Assembly: GCF_009834535.1 (NCBI RefSeq) | Contig: NC_045702.1 | Location: 81,778,001-81,842,000 of the forward strand | Direction: 5' to 3' | DNA length: 64,000 nt | Origin: Camelus ferus | Lineage: Eukaryota | Shown here: in pieces, positions 48,446 to 60,897 of the stretch | Position numbering within the stretch: the first letter of the stretch is position 1 | How the letters are laid out: each line of letters opens with the position of its first letter | Position numbers and translations under genes: made by a program | Notes under the pieces: generated by a model | What the model saw: only the letters and a program-made list of their open reading frames with translations | Databases searched by the model: none | What the model was told of the DNA's origin: nothing

Positions 48446-49745
48446 AACACATTCTCATCAAACAGCGAAGGAAATACAGCCTGACCTTCCAGGGATTCGC
48501 TCTTACTTTAATTCTTTATTTGCAGATTTTTAAATAACTGATTTGCATAATAACCCTCAACTTTTTTTTTCTCCCAACAATCCCTAATTGAAATGTGGTG
48601 GTGATGAATCTGAAATGGAAGCTCTCTCTTCTACAAAGCAGAATCACCGAATCCCTGCAGAAGACCGAATGTGTTTCTTTTACTTTGTGTGCGGTCATGA
48701 ACTCCCCAACGGAAACCCACACAAGGTATGTTCCTATGCAACATGGCTAAGTGAGTTCGTGACGGGAAGGGAACTAAGGCTGTGTGGACCAATCTCCTTC
48801 TCTCTATTACAAACCTGAGGACTCAGTGACCAACCACTGCTAGGGAGTGGACCGGGGTACACCCACTGTCACAGAAGAATCCAAACAGACTGTAGATGGA
48901 CGAGCACAAGGTAATCACTGTTACTAGGACAAACAAGTTAAAACCCCAGCACGTGTCCTAGTGTTGTAGCATTCAAAGGGTTGTGGCTTTTGTTACATAC
49001 GCCTTGGATGTGGTACCTGGCAAATGGATGTGGACTTAAAAAATCTGAATAAATAAGAAGTCCTGGGTGTTCTAAGAAATGATCATCATAGGCTTCCATC
49101 TGTATGTCTAGAAGTGACACGAAGGACTCGTCATAAGCCTTGAGGGACCCAAAAGAAAGTGACATAAAGCACATCCAAAGGTCCCATTTTCTTCCACTGC
49201 TATGTACTCAAAGTAGCCCTTTCTGATTTGGAAGTGGTTTTTATTTTTCCTATAGAAAAGGTCTCAGTGAGACAGAATTTTCTAATGTAAAGAAAACCTA
49301 TGAGTAAAAAGAAGTAAAAAATAAATTAACAAAAAATGTCAAACTAAGTATAGGTCTTTTTTAAAAATTAATTTTTCAAGCTTAAAATCTATGAGACCAA
49401 AGAGTGACTGGATAAAGTACATTCATATAATCAAACACGTTCCCTTATTTCATTACCAAGATAATCAGCACCGGAGAGTTTTTTGTGTACCAGCCAAATT
49501 ACAATCACCTGCATCTTCCAGTTCATGGATATGAACTGAGCTAAGCAGGGAGGCTCAGGATGGCCAAATCGGCTGCATCCTTCTGGAAAACCAAGGGAAA
49601 CAGATCCCCAAATATTGGTGGTTCCTCCTCTTCCTCTGGTTTCAAAAGTTAGGTAATCAACTAATCTTTGTATCTTCCTCTCCATTTCATGAGTTGGCTT
49701 CGCCCCACCCAGCCCAGGACTACAGAGAACAGCCCCGCCACTTAC

Positions 49746-49892
49746 TATCCATGGCATGAAGGTACTCCATGTGGATGGCCCCTGCGCCGGCGGTGGCAGC
49801 CGAGGGGATGATGTCTGCATAGGGGCTGCGCTGGCCGGCTAACAGAGCCATCTGATGATAGTATTCCGCTGGGCTGACTCCGGGGTGGGGGG
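49746..49892 (-). CDS. GLI3: GLI3 internal coding exon (exon 6), 147 bp
   Basis: Reads cc|[48 protein letters not shown]|a. Acceptor ccatccag, donor gtaagt. Phase matches both neighbouring exons. Confidence 0.97.
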
Positions 49893-50073
49893 CTGGATGG
49901 GAGAGGAGACCAGAAAAGTACGGTTACCAGTTAGTCAACAGGAAGCTTTTCTGGAGCCAACCCAAAGTCTGTTTGCCATGCAGCCCACATGTTTCTTTAT
50001 AGTAAAACTTCTTTAACTCAAGCTGTGTCTTCACCAAAGTCTCCTACGTATCATTTATTCAAAAACAAAATTG

Positions 50074-50228
50074 AAGGGAGGGTACAGCTCAGCGGTAGAG
50101 CGTGTGCTTGGTATGCAGGGGGTCTTGGGTTCAATCCCCAGTCCCTCCATTAAATAAAATAAATAAATAAACCTAATTACCACCCCCCCCAAAAGAAAAC
50201 TAAAGAAAGTGAATAGAAAAACTAAAAA
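50074..50228 (+). mobile_element. tRNA-derived SINE (vic-1-like)
   Basis: gggagggtacagctcagcggtagagcgtgtgcttggtatgcagggggtcttgggttcaatccccagt with the (taaa)n-cctaattacc tail. Confidence 0.87.
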
Positions 50229-50708
50229 TACATTATAATATTTTTGAGGTTAGCTTCAAGAAATTACCACGAATTCAAAATGATTAAAACGTATATATGT
50301 ACATGTATATATACACTCATTCCCATGTTTGCAACCCAAGATGAAAGTTTCTTATATCAAAGCACTGTATATTCCCATTTGTTACAGTAGTAGACCACTC
50401 AGATAACTATGAGGTACTTCAGGACATACTTAAAATACTTCCCTAAGCTTTCCGACAGGAGTGTCGGAGTTAGCTCTCACTAACCTGGAGGACTCAGGGC
50501 TCATGAGTAGAAATGGCAGCACAAACCCAGCTTTAATAACTACACGATGGGGTGATAAGCTGCAATTCTGTGTTCCATAATTTTAAAACTCTTTCTTGTT
50601 CTTTTTTTTTTTCATTACAAAGTCAAAAAGACATATACCTATCAATCTGGAGCCATTTACTGGCAAGAGGCAGCTCTGTAGGAGTGGGGTAATGATCGGT
50701 TTCCACAT

Positions 50709-50790
50709 GCCAATCTGTGTGCAGGAGCTGCAGGACACTGGAGCTGTTCGCCAATTTATGCGCGGGAGCTGCAGGACACTGGAGCAGTTC
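50709..50790. repeat. 41-bp tandem duplication (5 mismatches)
   Basis: gccaatctgtgtgcaggagctgcaggacactggagctgttc / gccaatttatgcgcgggagctgcaggacactggagcagttc. Confidence 0.93.
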
Positions 50791-51001
50791 CAGGGTGGTC
50801 TCTAGGTGCACCAAGATCTGGATGCAAATCCCAGCTCCACCCCTTACAGATTCCAGGGGTTGTGGGGAACAACGAAGGCAATGGTGCATGGAAAGTGCGT
50901 AGCACATGGTGTTCGATCAGTAAAAGTTTTATCATTTTGATGGAGAAACACTGACATTCTAGCAATAAGTCTGTGTATGCTTTACATTCATGTCCATATA
51001 C

Positions 51002-51463
51002 ATTTTTTTTAATTGAAGTATAGTTGATTTACAGTGTTGTGTTAGTTTCAGGTGTACAGCAAAGTGATTCAGTTATACATACATATATATATATATTCCT
51101 TTTTCAGATTCTTTTCCATTATAGGTTATTGCAAGATTCTGAACATAGTTCCCTGTGCTATACAGTAGGTATAACTTGTTTAACTATTTTATATATAGTA
51201 ATGTGTATCTGTTAATCCCAAACTCCTAATGTATCCCTCCCCCACTTTCCCCATTGGTAACCATATATTTGTCTTCTATGTCTGTGAGTCCATTTTTGTT
51301 TTGTAGACAAGTTCATCTGTTCATTTTTTTTTAAGATTTCACATATAAGTGATATCATATGATGTTTGTCTTTCTTTGTGTGGCTTACTTCACTTAGTAT
51401 GATCATCTCTAGGTCCATCCATGTTGCTGCAAATGGCATTATTTCATTCTTTTTTGTGTGTGC
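51002..51463 (-). mobile_element. LINE-1 3' end (GLI3-sense orientation)
   Basis: aattgaagtatagttgatttacagtg...ttcacttagtatgatcatctctaggtccatccatgttgctgcaaatggcatt. TSD core ccatatac at 50994-51001 and 51464-51471. Confidence 0.9.
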
Positions 51464-52566
51464 CCATATACTTTTTATACATCATAGAGAAATATGTACA
51501 AAAATCATAGACTGCAAGAGACAAATATTAGGGCGTTGACTTTGATTGGATATTAATCGGAGGCAGGAAAAGGAAGGCAGAACAACCAATCAAAGAATGT
51601 TATGTTATTCATACTTGTCATCAGTTACTATGGAAAGCTGATGACAAGATGCTTTAACTGGAGGTACCACCTTCCAGTGGCCCAAGGAAATTTCCACAAA
51701 CCAGGCATAATTCCAAGCCCATTGCTGGCTGACCTCTCTATCCCTCTCTCCCTGTTCTTATTAGTCACTTCCACGAACTCCCAAGTATCCACAAAGGTGA
51801 CTCCATTTTTCCCACTGAAAAACCAGATTCAAAGCAGAACTCACTCCAATCTGACTCTTCTACAGCTTTATTTTTAAAGTGTGCATCTTCCCCAAGTGGT
51901 AAAACTTGCTCCCTAGCTGCCTTACACGTATCTTCAGTGCGCTGAATCAGAGGGGAAAACGAGCCAGTCGCTATTGATGGAGCACAGCTACTCCCGGAAG
52001 GGCGACCGAGTGGATACCTACTGAGAAAGCTCATGCAGCTTCCAGCACCCCACCATGCACAACCAGCCTCCGGAAGCGACTGCGCGGAGAGTGTGGACCC
52101 TGCAGAGTGGAGCACTGCTCGGTGAGATGGAGCACGTGGTGTGTCTCTGTGCTTTGATACAGGCACCAGCAATCTGTGGTTTGCTGCAGAGAGCTCATCA
52201 TCCTCTACTTGTCAACAATACAACTTATGCCATTCTGGACCTTAATTCCCCTAACAGCTACTGTGGGCAAGTGAGTTTGGATATGCGTGCGTGAGATGGG
52301 AAATGCTCTTCCTGAACCAAAGGAACATATTGTAATTGGATGGCTGTGAAATGTACAAGTCCAATTAATTGTCATTGACAAGTAAGTAATTGGGAGGCTA
52401 AGAGAACCAGTAAGAATTTGGTCCTTGAGAGTTTAAATGAGCATCAAATATAAGAGAATTACAGTCAAAGTTTGTTTTGTTTCCACCACATCTGTCTTCC
52501 AGAGTTCATTTGGCATTCTCAAGGTCAGAGGGCACATACAACAGGTGTGGGTCATCATGCTCTCTG

Positions 52567-52732
52567 AGCCCTTCCTCCTCTAAGTGTGGTCCCTGGACCA
52601 GCAGCACTGACATCACCTGCACTTCTCAGAAGTGCAGCGTCTCAGGTCCCACCCAGACCCACCCTACACACAGTCACATTTTATCACCACCCCCAGGGGA
52701 TCTGTATGCACCCTGGAGTTTGAGAAGCCCTG
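52567..52732. mobile_element. MER5A-like hAT DNA transposon relic
   Basis: aagtgtggtccctggaccagcagcactgacatcacctg...gaagtgcag...tcaggtcccacccagac...ccccaggggatctgtatgca...gtttgagaagccctg. Confidence 0.8.
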
Positions 52733-52879
52733 CACCCACAGACACCTCTGTATACAGGTGCCTCTCAGACTTGCAGAACAGGAAAGTGTTTATCAGAAGG
52801 TGAGCAAAATGGGCTGGGGACACATGCACGTTGTGGGAGTGGCTACAGGGCTTTTCTAAACACACGTGGAGCCACAGAA

Positions 52880-53398
<519 letters not shown>

Positions 53399-53809
53399 TC
53401 AAAAAAAAAAAAAAAAAAAAACAGAAACAAGAGGTAGGCGTCAGACCAAGAGCTCCAGAGGCAGAGGCTGTCTATGAAAGAAAATAAGATTTCAAGGTGT
53501 CTTGGGGGGAAGAGTATCAGGCATATACACTTCCGGCATTCTGATCTTAAAATCACAGTGACATAATAATGTAGGTAGGATGCGACGATGTGATTATTTG
53601 GGTGAAGGAAATTGACCTTTGAGAAATTTCCTGGCACTCGGAATATAGGAAAGTTAAGTCTTTGGTTTTCCTTGTGAGAAGAATTCCAAACAGGCACCTG
53701 AGCGTCACAAAGTAGTTGTGATTATATTTTCCATTTGACCTGAATGTTAATTTCACCGTGGAACTTACCTCTCCCCATCTTGGTACGGCATTTATTAAAA
53801 AAAAAAGCA

Positions 53810-53867
53810 AAGGAAGGAAGGAGGGATGGAAGGAAGGAAGGAGGGACAGAAGGAAGGAAGGAAGGAA
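53810..53867. repeat. Imperfect (GGAA)n purine tract
   Basis: aaggaaggaaggagggatggaaggaaggaaggagggacagaaggaaggaaggaaggaa. Confidence 0.9.
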
Positions 53868-56654
53868 ATTTGTCTGGTCTGGAAATCTGAGCATGCCCAT
53901 GGCAGAACTGCCCACAAATGAGAAGAGAGACTCATTGTGAAAGTCTGTAAGAAACATGAAATTAGACACTGCGTACATCCGTGCTCCAGCTTTACTGCCC
54001 TGGGTCTTGTGGGGGTGAGTAAACCCAGCTTCCCAGATCTGGGTTTCCCAGTTTTGAAGGCAGCCCCTCCTCTCTCGAGGCAGCCCCGGGGGGGCAGCTC
54101 TCTCCAGTACTCATTCTGCATGTGGCTGTGTCCTGATTAGCCCTGTTGAGTGAACCATCAGTAATGAGGTGCTCCTGGGTTTAGAGAGTTGGAAAAGACT
54201 GGGGTTTGGATGCAGCCCTTAGTTATAATGAGCTAAGGTAGAATGTAAGTTCTTGGCTGACGGGAAGGAATTCTAAGGCACACCTGGCAGCCACCATCCC
54301 TCATCCCCCACTGGGGATTCCCTCTCTGGAGCCTCCCCTCCTCCCCCAAGCCCTGGCGGGGCGGGCCATTTCTAGAATGGTTCCAGTCTGTGGAACCCCA
54401 CCCCCACCCCCGGCCGCCCCATTCCTTCTCTAATAGAAAGCGTTTTGTGTGAATAATCCAGTGAACTGGCTCCGACAGGCTAAACACTTTTCTCATTCAC
54501 AGAGAATACGGCCATAAAAAGGCGAGGGATCGTAAGAAGGATGTACTGAGAACAGCAAACTCCTCTTGTGGCTCTGGCTTTAGCAGTGAAAAGGAAGGGA
54601 GGAGAAACATCTTCTCGCCCCGCCTCCCCAGCTAAACAGCACCGCCGGCCTCTGGCCCCCTGGCTGTCAGAACAGGATCTTGGGAGAAGCCAGCTCCTCC
54701 AAGAGCACAGCGCAGATGGTGAAACAGATGAAACCAAAGATCAGATTGTGAATTTTCTCCCAGTAGCAAATAAGAGAGATTAAAAAATCTCTTTTCTTAG
54801 GGGTACTGGATTTTCTTTCTTGCTCTTTCTTACTCTTTTTTTTTTTAATTTGAACACACAAAAAAGGAGGCTTTCTATTTGTTTTTCAGATGCCACTTTT
54901 AGTGAAATAAAACAAAAATCCAGCATTTTCTAAATTTACATGTGGGCAGAGGGAGAAGTCACCACCTGAAAAAAGCTATTTCTTTTCAAAACAACTTGAG
55001 GCTTTCCATACCCACTCAGAAATTAGTAAAAATTACTGGTATTTAAATAGAACTTGGCACAACTTATTAGTCTAACCTATTTTAGCTCATGACTACAAGT
55101 AAGTTCATTCTGTGTCGCTGGTTAAATCTTCAGCTTAAAGCCTGCTGTTACTGTAAAGCACACGGGATGCTCAAATGCATTCATTCATTTTCTACAGAAG
55201 AGGAAAAGCAATCCTTCTCATCGGACTCAAAAGCAATTATTACAAAACACAAACTTCCTTGCAGATTCATGAGAGACAGGTGCAGCAGAAATGCAGAAAA
55301 GGAGGCATTTCAAGAAACCCAGGAGACGCTACCTCCCAGACAGGCTTTCCTTATGATCCCCGAGAAACTCAGTCTGAACATTATGAACTAAAACCAGTGA
55401 AGGCAATGGCATTGCTTACTGGTTTTCTCCATTTTAGACAAAAACTGGAACCTGTCATTTTTTTTCTCAAATTCCAGAATTGAGAATGGTAGCAAGAATC
55501 TTCCTAGAGGCCTAGATTGCATTGAAGAATCAGGGACGGGGAGGAGACTCAGCCCCCAGAATGACCTGCAGGTGACAGGTGTCGGGCCGGGGCGGTCACC
55601 AGTCCAAAGGGGCAAGGAAGCCAGGACACGGCCGACGCTATTCTCTTCTCCCAAATCTGTGGACGTCTGACGCCTGCCCCCTCACCTTCACTTTCATCTG
55701 ACCTGTTCCCACAGGAGGACTGGAGATACTCCACGAGTAAGGAGTCAGGACCTGGCCGGAACGCCCAGGCTCCATTTTCCCTCACACACATGGGCAACAG
55801 CAGAGAAGAGGGGCGGTGCCCCCAAGGGGTGGAGATCAAGTCAGGAAACTTCACTCACTCTGGTGCACATCATGCTCATGCACGTCCCTCCCTCCCAGAG
55901 GAGACGCTGAGAAGATCGGGGTCGCCTATTCCTCAGAAGGATGGTGGGTCACGCCTTCAGACAGGGAGGCAACTAAGAAAGCTTCACAGTAACGAATTTC
56001 CCTAAAGAAACAAACCATCTAGTAACCAAAGGCCAGTCATCCCCAGGCTACAACAGGGAAATGTCTAATGAGGGTCTCTCAGTGAGGAGTCACCAGGGAT
56101 TCTGGGGACAGTGAGTCAGACCACCAAAGCAGTGGTTTGGTGGGGGTGAGGGGGGCTCAGGGCTGAAGGAGAATGGCTGTGGATGGGATGGCAGCTGTGT
56201 GACCACGGCCGAGAGACCCACCATTCTCCTTGTCCTCAGCAGTCCGATGGAAAGGATCCCTACCTTGTAGGGGTCTCAGCCAGTGAATGTAAGTAAAGCC
56301 TCACGTACTGAGCCTAGTATCTAATAAATGCTTAATACAGACGTAAATATTTACATCACAAACTACACTAATGTATTCCACTCCTATATACACACATACA
56401 AGGCAGAGACAGATATGTATTACATACATATAGACTCATACATACACAGACACAGAACCACACACACATACTAGGGGTGGCAAATACAGCATGCTATGTG
56501 ATTTTCAAACACTGAACTACTGGAACCCCTTTTTTCAAAGCAAATCTTATGGTGGAAACATAAATCCTGTCTGCTTTGTTCCCTAACCTGACAGTCTCCC
56601 AGAAGCATCCTTTTGGATTTCCCAAGAGGCTCCACTCAAAATCCTAAAACCACA

Positions 56655-56870
56655 CAAGGTGGTTAAGAACACGAACTCAGTTATAACAAAAATGCAAGAG
56701 CTTTGCAGGAAGTGGATTTGAACTCAGGCTCATCCCTATCTCTGTCACTGAGGCATGTTTCCTGATACACAAAACGGAATGGTAACAGCTCCCTTCCAGG
56801 GCTGCTGTCACTGACGGGCACTGGGCACCCAGGAAATGGTGGCACTGATGATGATCTTGGTGGCTGTCAG
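56655..56870 (+). mobile_element. MIR fragment
   Basis: ggtggttaagaacacg...ggatttgaactcaggctc...gtttcctgatacacaaaacggaatggtaacagctcccttccagggctgctgt. Confidence 0.55.
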
Positions 56871-57624
56871 AATCATCCAACAAGACTTTTTTTTTGCGTC
56901 AATGTTTTTCAACTCAGCAAACAAATGTCCACATGGCAAGACTTTTGGAGACTGGGATTCCAAATTCACTGCTGTTCAATTTCTCACTGAACGTTGATGA
57001 CTTCTTAATTCTGTTTCCACACCAGGATCTTGTGAGTTGGGCTGGCATGACATTTCTCGAGTGCTAATTAATGCCTGACAGAAATGAGTTTCTAAGCCAT
57101 TAAAGCTGAGCAGCCAGCCTTGAATTCCAGTGGTCCCAGCAGCCACCTGACGTGGATGTAAATATATATAAACAAGAGTTTCTCAATAAAGCTGCTTTTA
57201 ACATTACCTAACAGAGCCCCTTTCAAATTCTTGGCATCTGGGTCATCTGTCAGTTATTTTTTTTAACTGTAAAGCAAATCTGAGAGGGAAGGTTCAGCTT
57301 CTTACATTTAATAGGCAGATGTGTATTCACTGCTATGGGAAGGCAGCTGCAGAATTTTCCATGTAATGGACATCTATTATTTCACACACTATCATAAAGT
57401 TGACCTGGTAAATATTTGTCAAGCTTGCTCAAAATCTTCATTTGAGGATTACAGTAGCACCAGGAAAAAAAATTATAGGTGTCACTCACTTTCTTGGTTT
57501 ATATTTTTAGTTAGATACACACAGAGACTGCACTGAAGATTTCTGTTGGCTTCGCCTGACTCTCTCTCTGCTCTGAGGTTGTACGTGGCTCAGTGGTTGG
57601 AAGGCAAGCACAAACTGTGGAGGA

Positions 57625-57625
<1 letters not shown>

Positions 57626-57667
<42 letters not shown>
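57626..57667. repeat. (AAC)14 microsatellite
   Basis: Directly visible perfect array. Confidence 0.97.
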
Positions 57668-57669
<2 letters not shown>

Positions 57670-58879
57670 ACATTTTGGGAAGAATACTGCAGTTTCGAAC
57701 AGCTCCAAGAACAGAGATCCCATGCAGGTTATGTTGCAGCCAAAGAGTACAGAAATACGCCTGTGACCCCTCCTACCGGACCATACAACTGCTGTCTAGG
57801 AAAAAGATGCCCAAGCTGTAGAGGGCTGTCTGGGCTGCCAGAGCACCACAGAGTGGGAGGAACTATGGCTCCATGACCTCTGCATCTCGGCTCAGGCATG
57901 GATCTCGGCCCCAGCACGCCCACTCAGGGATAACGTCCCCTACCTCGCTTCCACTTGTCTCCCCAAAGCCGGGAAGACCCAGTGAGTGGCTACCATTTTG
58001 TCTCCATACTGCCCAGTGGAGAAATGAAGTTCAGTTTCAGACAAGAAGGAAGGTGGAGATTATTTTCACGGTCTCCCCAAAGACAGTAAAGCAGTATAAA
58101 GTTTGTGTCTCTTCACTTGTGGAAATAATTTAACTTCAGATTAATTCCTTTATAAGGTCATGAAAATAGATTACAATGAAAAGAACAGAGGAGTCTTATT
58201 AGAGCATTTTAAACATTATATTATGATAAACTTAAAAACCAAAATGCGGATTGCAGAGAGTAACCGGACGTCTTAGTTAGAATGAAATATCATTATATAA
58301 TCTAATTTGTTACTGCCTTTTCATTTATCTTATTGGGTTACTGAAATGCCAAGATTAAAATCACAGTATTTAATCACTCGCATTACCCATTATGAGAGCA
58401 TTAAACATGGTTTATATGCTGGATTATTATAATTTGCTTCCACATTGCTTGGAACACTGGAGATGTACACATACCCCTTGCATTTTGGGGTACACGTGAG
58501 GGCTTCAACTACCAGAAGACTGAAATGTTGGATTTTTTTTCCTTCTATCTAGCAAGTTAATTTTTTGTTCAACTTTGCTCTTTCTCTAACAAGTAGATAC
58601 CCTTCACACTCAAGTAATGGTCTAACAGACACCAAAGACGAGTTACCCCTGATGATGCATTTTTAACCAATTGATGAATTATTCAATCAGGACAGTCTTA
58701 ATAGACCAATATTTGTGATAAAAAATGTTGCTTTCCATTCAGCGACTAAAATGTCTCCCGCGGCGAATACACCAGACATGGTGGGAAATTCGCAGCCCTG
58801 AACTTGGCCTTTTCCTCTTTGCAAGGTGAGCTTTCAGATAATCTCTGCCCCAGAATCGTCACGTGCCCCTGCCAGGTAG

Positions 58880-59295
58880 AGGCGGCTGTCCAGTCGCCAG
58901 CCTCTGCCCAGAGCCACCGCCGGCCCTGGAAGGCTGGACTTTGTAGCCGGAATCAGCTGTCCCTCGGGATTCCACTAATGAGAAGCCAAGGCAGGGGCTG
59001 TAAGTAGAGGGGAGAGAATTCAGGGTATTTATTGCCCTCGCTTCCTTTCACAGGCTACAGTTCTGCTGGTGGCATTCCTGCCTCCCACCCCTCGGCTCCA
59101 GACGTGTGACCCCTCCTCCTCGGCGCCAGCTCTCACTGACCCTTTCCCTCCTTTTGCACCGTCAGGCTAGGGCTGGTAACCTCTTCAAACTTTTGCTACT
59201 CCTGGGGGCTTTATTATCATTTCCCGAGCCCCGAACCTTGTCCACACCTTTGTAAATATCTGCGCCACAAAACTGCCGGGACCCTAGCTGACAAG
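58880..59295. mobile_element. Possible ERVL solo LTR (LTR33-like)
   Basis: caggctagggctggtaac...ccacacctttgtaaata...ctgccgggaccctagctgaca resembles an LTR33-type terminus as recalled. Approximate boundaries. Confidence 0.5.
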
Positions 59296-60189
59296 ACGGT
59301 TCAGTTTCAAATCCCACTGCATCATCTTTGCAGCTAAGGAATATTCCCCGTGAATTCTTAACGGACTTGGGCCTTCAACAGAATGACTACATTGGATTTC
59401 AAGTTTTAAAAGCTCCACGTATAATAACACAGATGAATGTTTCAATGATCCATTCGTTCAATACACGTTTGATTGAAAATCCATTTACTAAGAAGCCATT
59501 ACGATGTCAGCCCTTGGGGGTATTTCAAGAAACGTAAGATAGGGGCATTCAGTCCCTACTCTCAGAAGAAGTTACAGTCACACGGCGGAAAGGCGCACAT
59601 GCCTAAGGAGAGTATGAGAGCAAGTATTACCTGATGAGTCAAAAAGCATCATCAGGAGGTTTCCGGGACATTTCCTGGTTATGAAAAATGTGGAACGTGA
59701 AGTGTGCCACAAAGACTAGATCAAATTAGATGGAAGTAGTCACTGAAGGTGAAGGTTAGAACATTGCTTAACACACACGAGTGCTCAGCTGCTGAATACT
59801 TTCTTAGGTGACAGTTTAAGGGCTATGGCTGATTTCTTTAGTGAAAAAAAAAAAAGAGAGAGAGAGAAATACTTGTTTTAATGGAGAAACATCACTTCAA
59901 AGGATTTTTGAGAATAACTTCCTTGTTTTCATTTTCTATTTCTGCCTGAATATAGAAGGAACTTATATCATGAATTGAAAAGTTAAAAGATTATTTTTTC
60001 AAAAAAGGCATTCTCTGTATCCAAGCTATCCAAATCTAGCCAACGTCAGTATTTTAATCTATTTACTCCCAGCATTTTTTTCAGGCATTATGTACTTCTA
60101 GTCAAAATAAAAACATACTTTGAATTATACTTCATCCCTTAACATTAAAAGGTTTTTCTGATATCTTTTAATAAACTGTACATAAACAT

Positions 60190-60897
60190 CATATATAGTT
60201 GCAGTGCAAATTAAAGCATAACGAGTTATCACTAAAAACCCACTAGAATAGCTAAAATTAAAAAGACTGATGGCACCAAGTGTCGACGAGGATCTGGAGC
60301 AACGGGAACTCTCACACAACCTGCATGTAAGTTGCACAACCTCATCAGAAAACAGTTGGGTATCATCTACTCCAAGAGACACACCCTATGACCCAACAAC
60401 TCCTTTCCTTGGTGTGTCTACAACCATATTGTGTACACACGTGTCATAATGTATCAGAATATTCAGAGCAGTATTATTCATTCACATTAAAATTGGAAAC
60501 AACCATGTATCTATCAACAACAGAATGGGTAAGTAAATCACGCAATGACAGAGTGAAGAGCTATGAAAATGAACAAACTACAATGTGGAAAATCTCAAAA
60601 CATAACGCTGGGGAGAAGAAACCTGGTACAAAAGAACATAAGATACTGTATTATCCCATTTGTATAAAGTTCAATAACAGACAAACCCAGACTTTAGCGT
60701 TGGGACAGTCAAGACAACGTTTACCTCCGGGTAGGTTGGAGCTGTATGGGGAGGGCTTCCGGACGAGTGACTGTTCTATTTCTAGACTTGGTTAGTGGTT
60801 AGAGGTTTTCACTCTGTGATAACTCTTAGCAATTCATTGAGCTACAGTTTGTGTACTTTTCTGTATATATACTATTTATTACCAATTTTTAGAAAAG
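60190..60897 (+). mobile_element. Ancient LINE-1 3' region (L1ME-like)
   Basis: gcaaattaaagc...ccactagaatagctaaaattaaaaagactgatggcaccaagtgtcgacgaggatctggagcaacgggaactctc...ctatgacccaacaactcc...gaaacaacc. Approximate boundaries. Confidence 0.75.
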
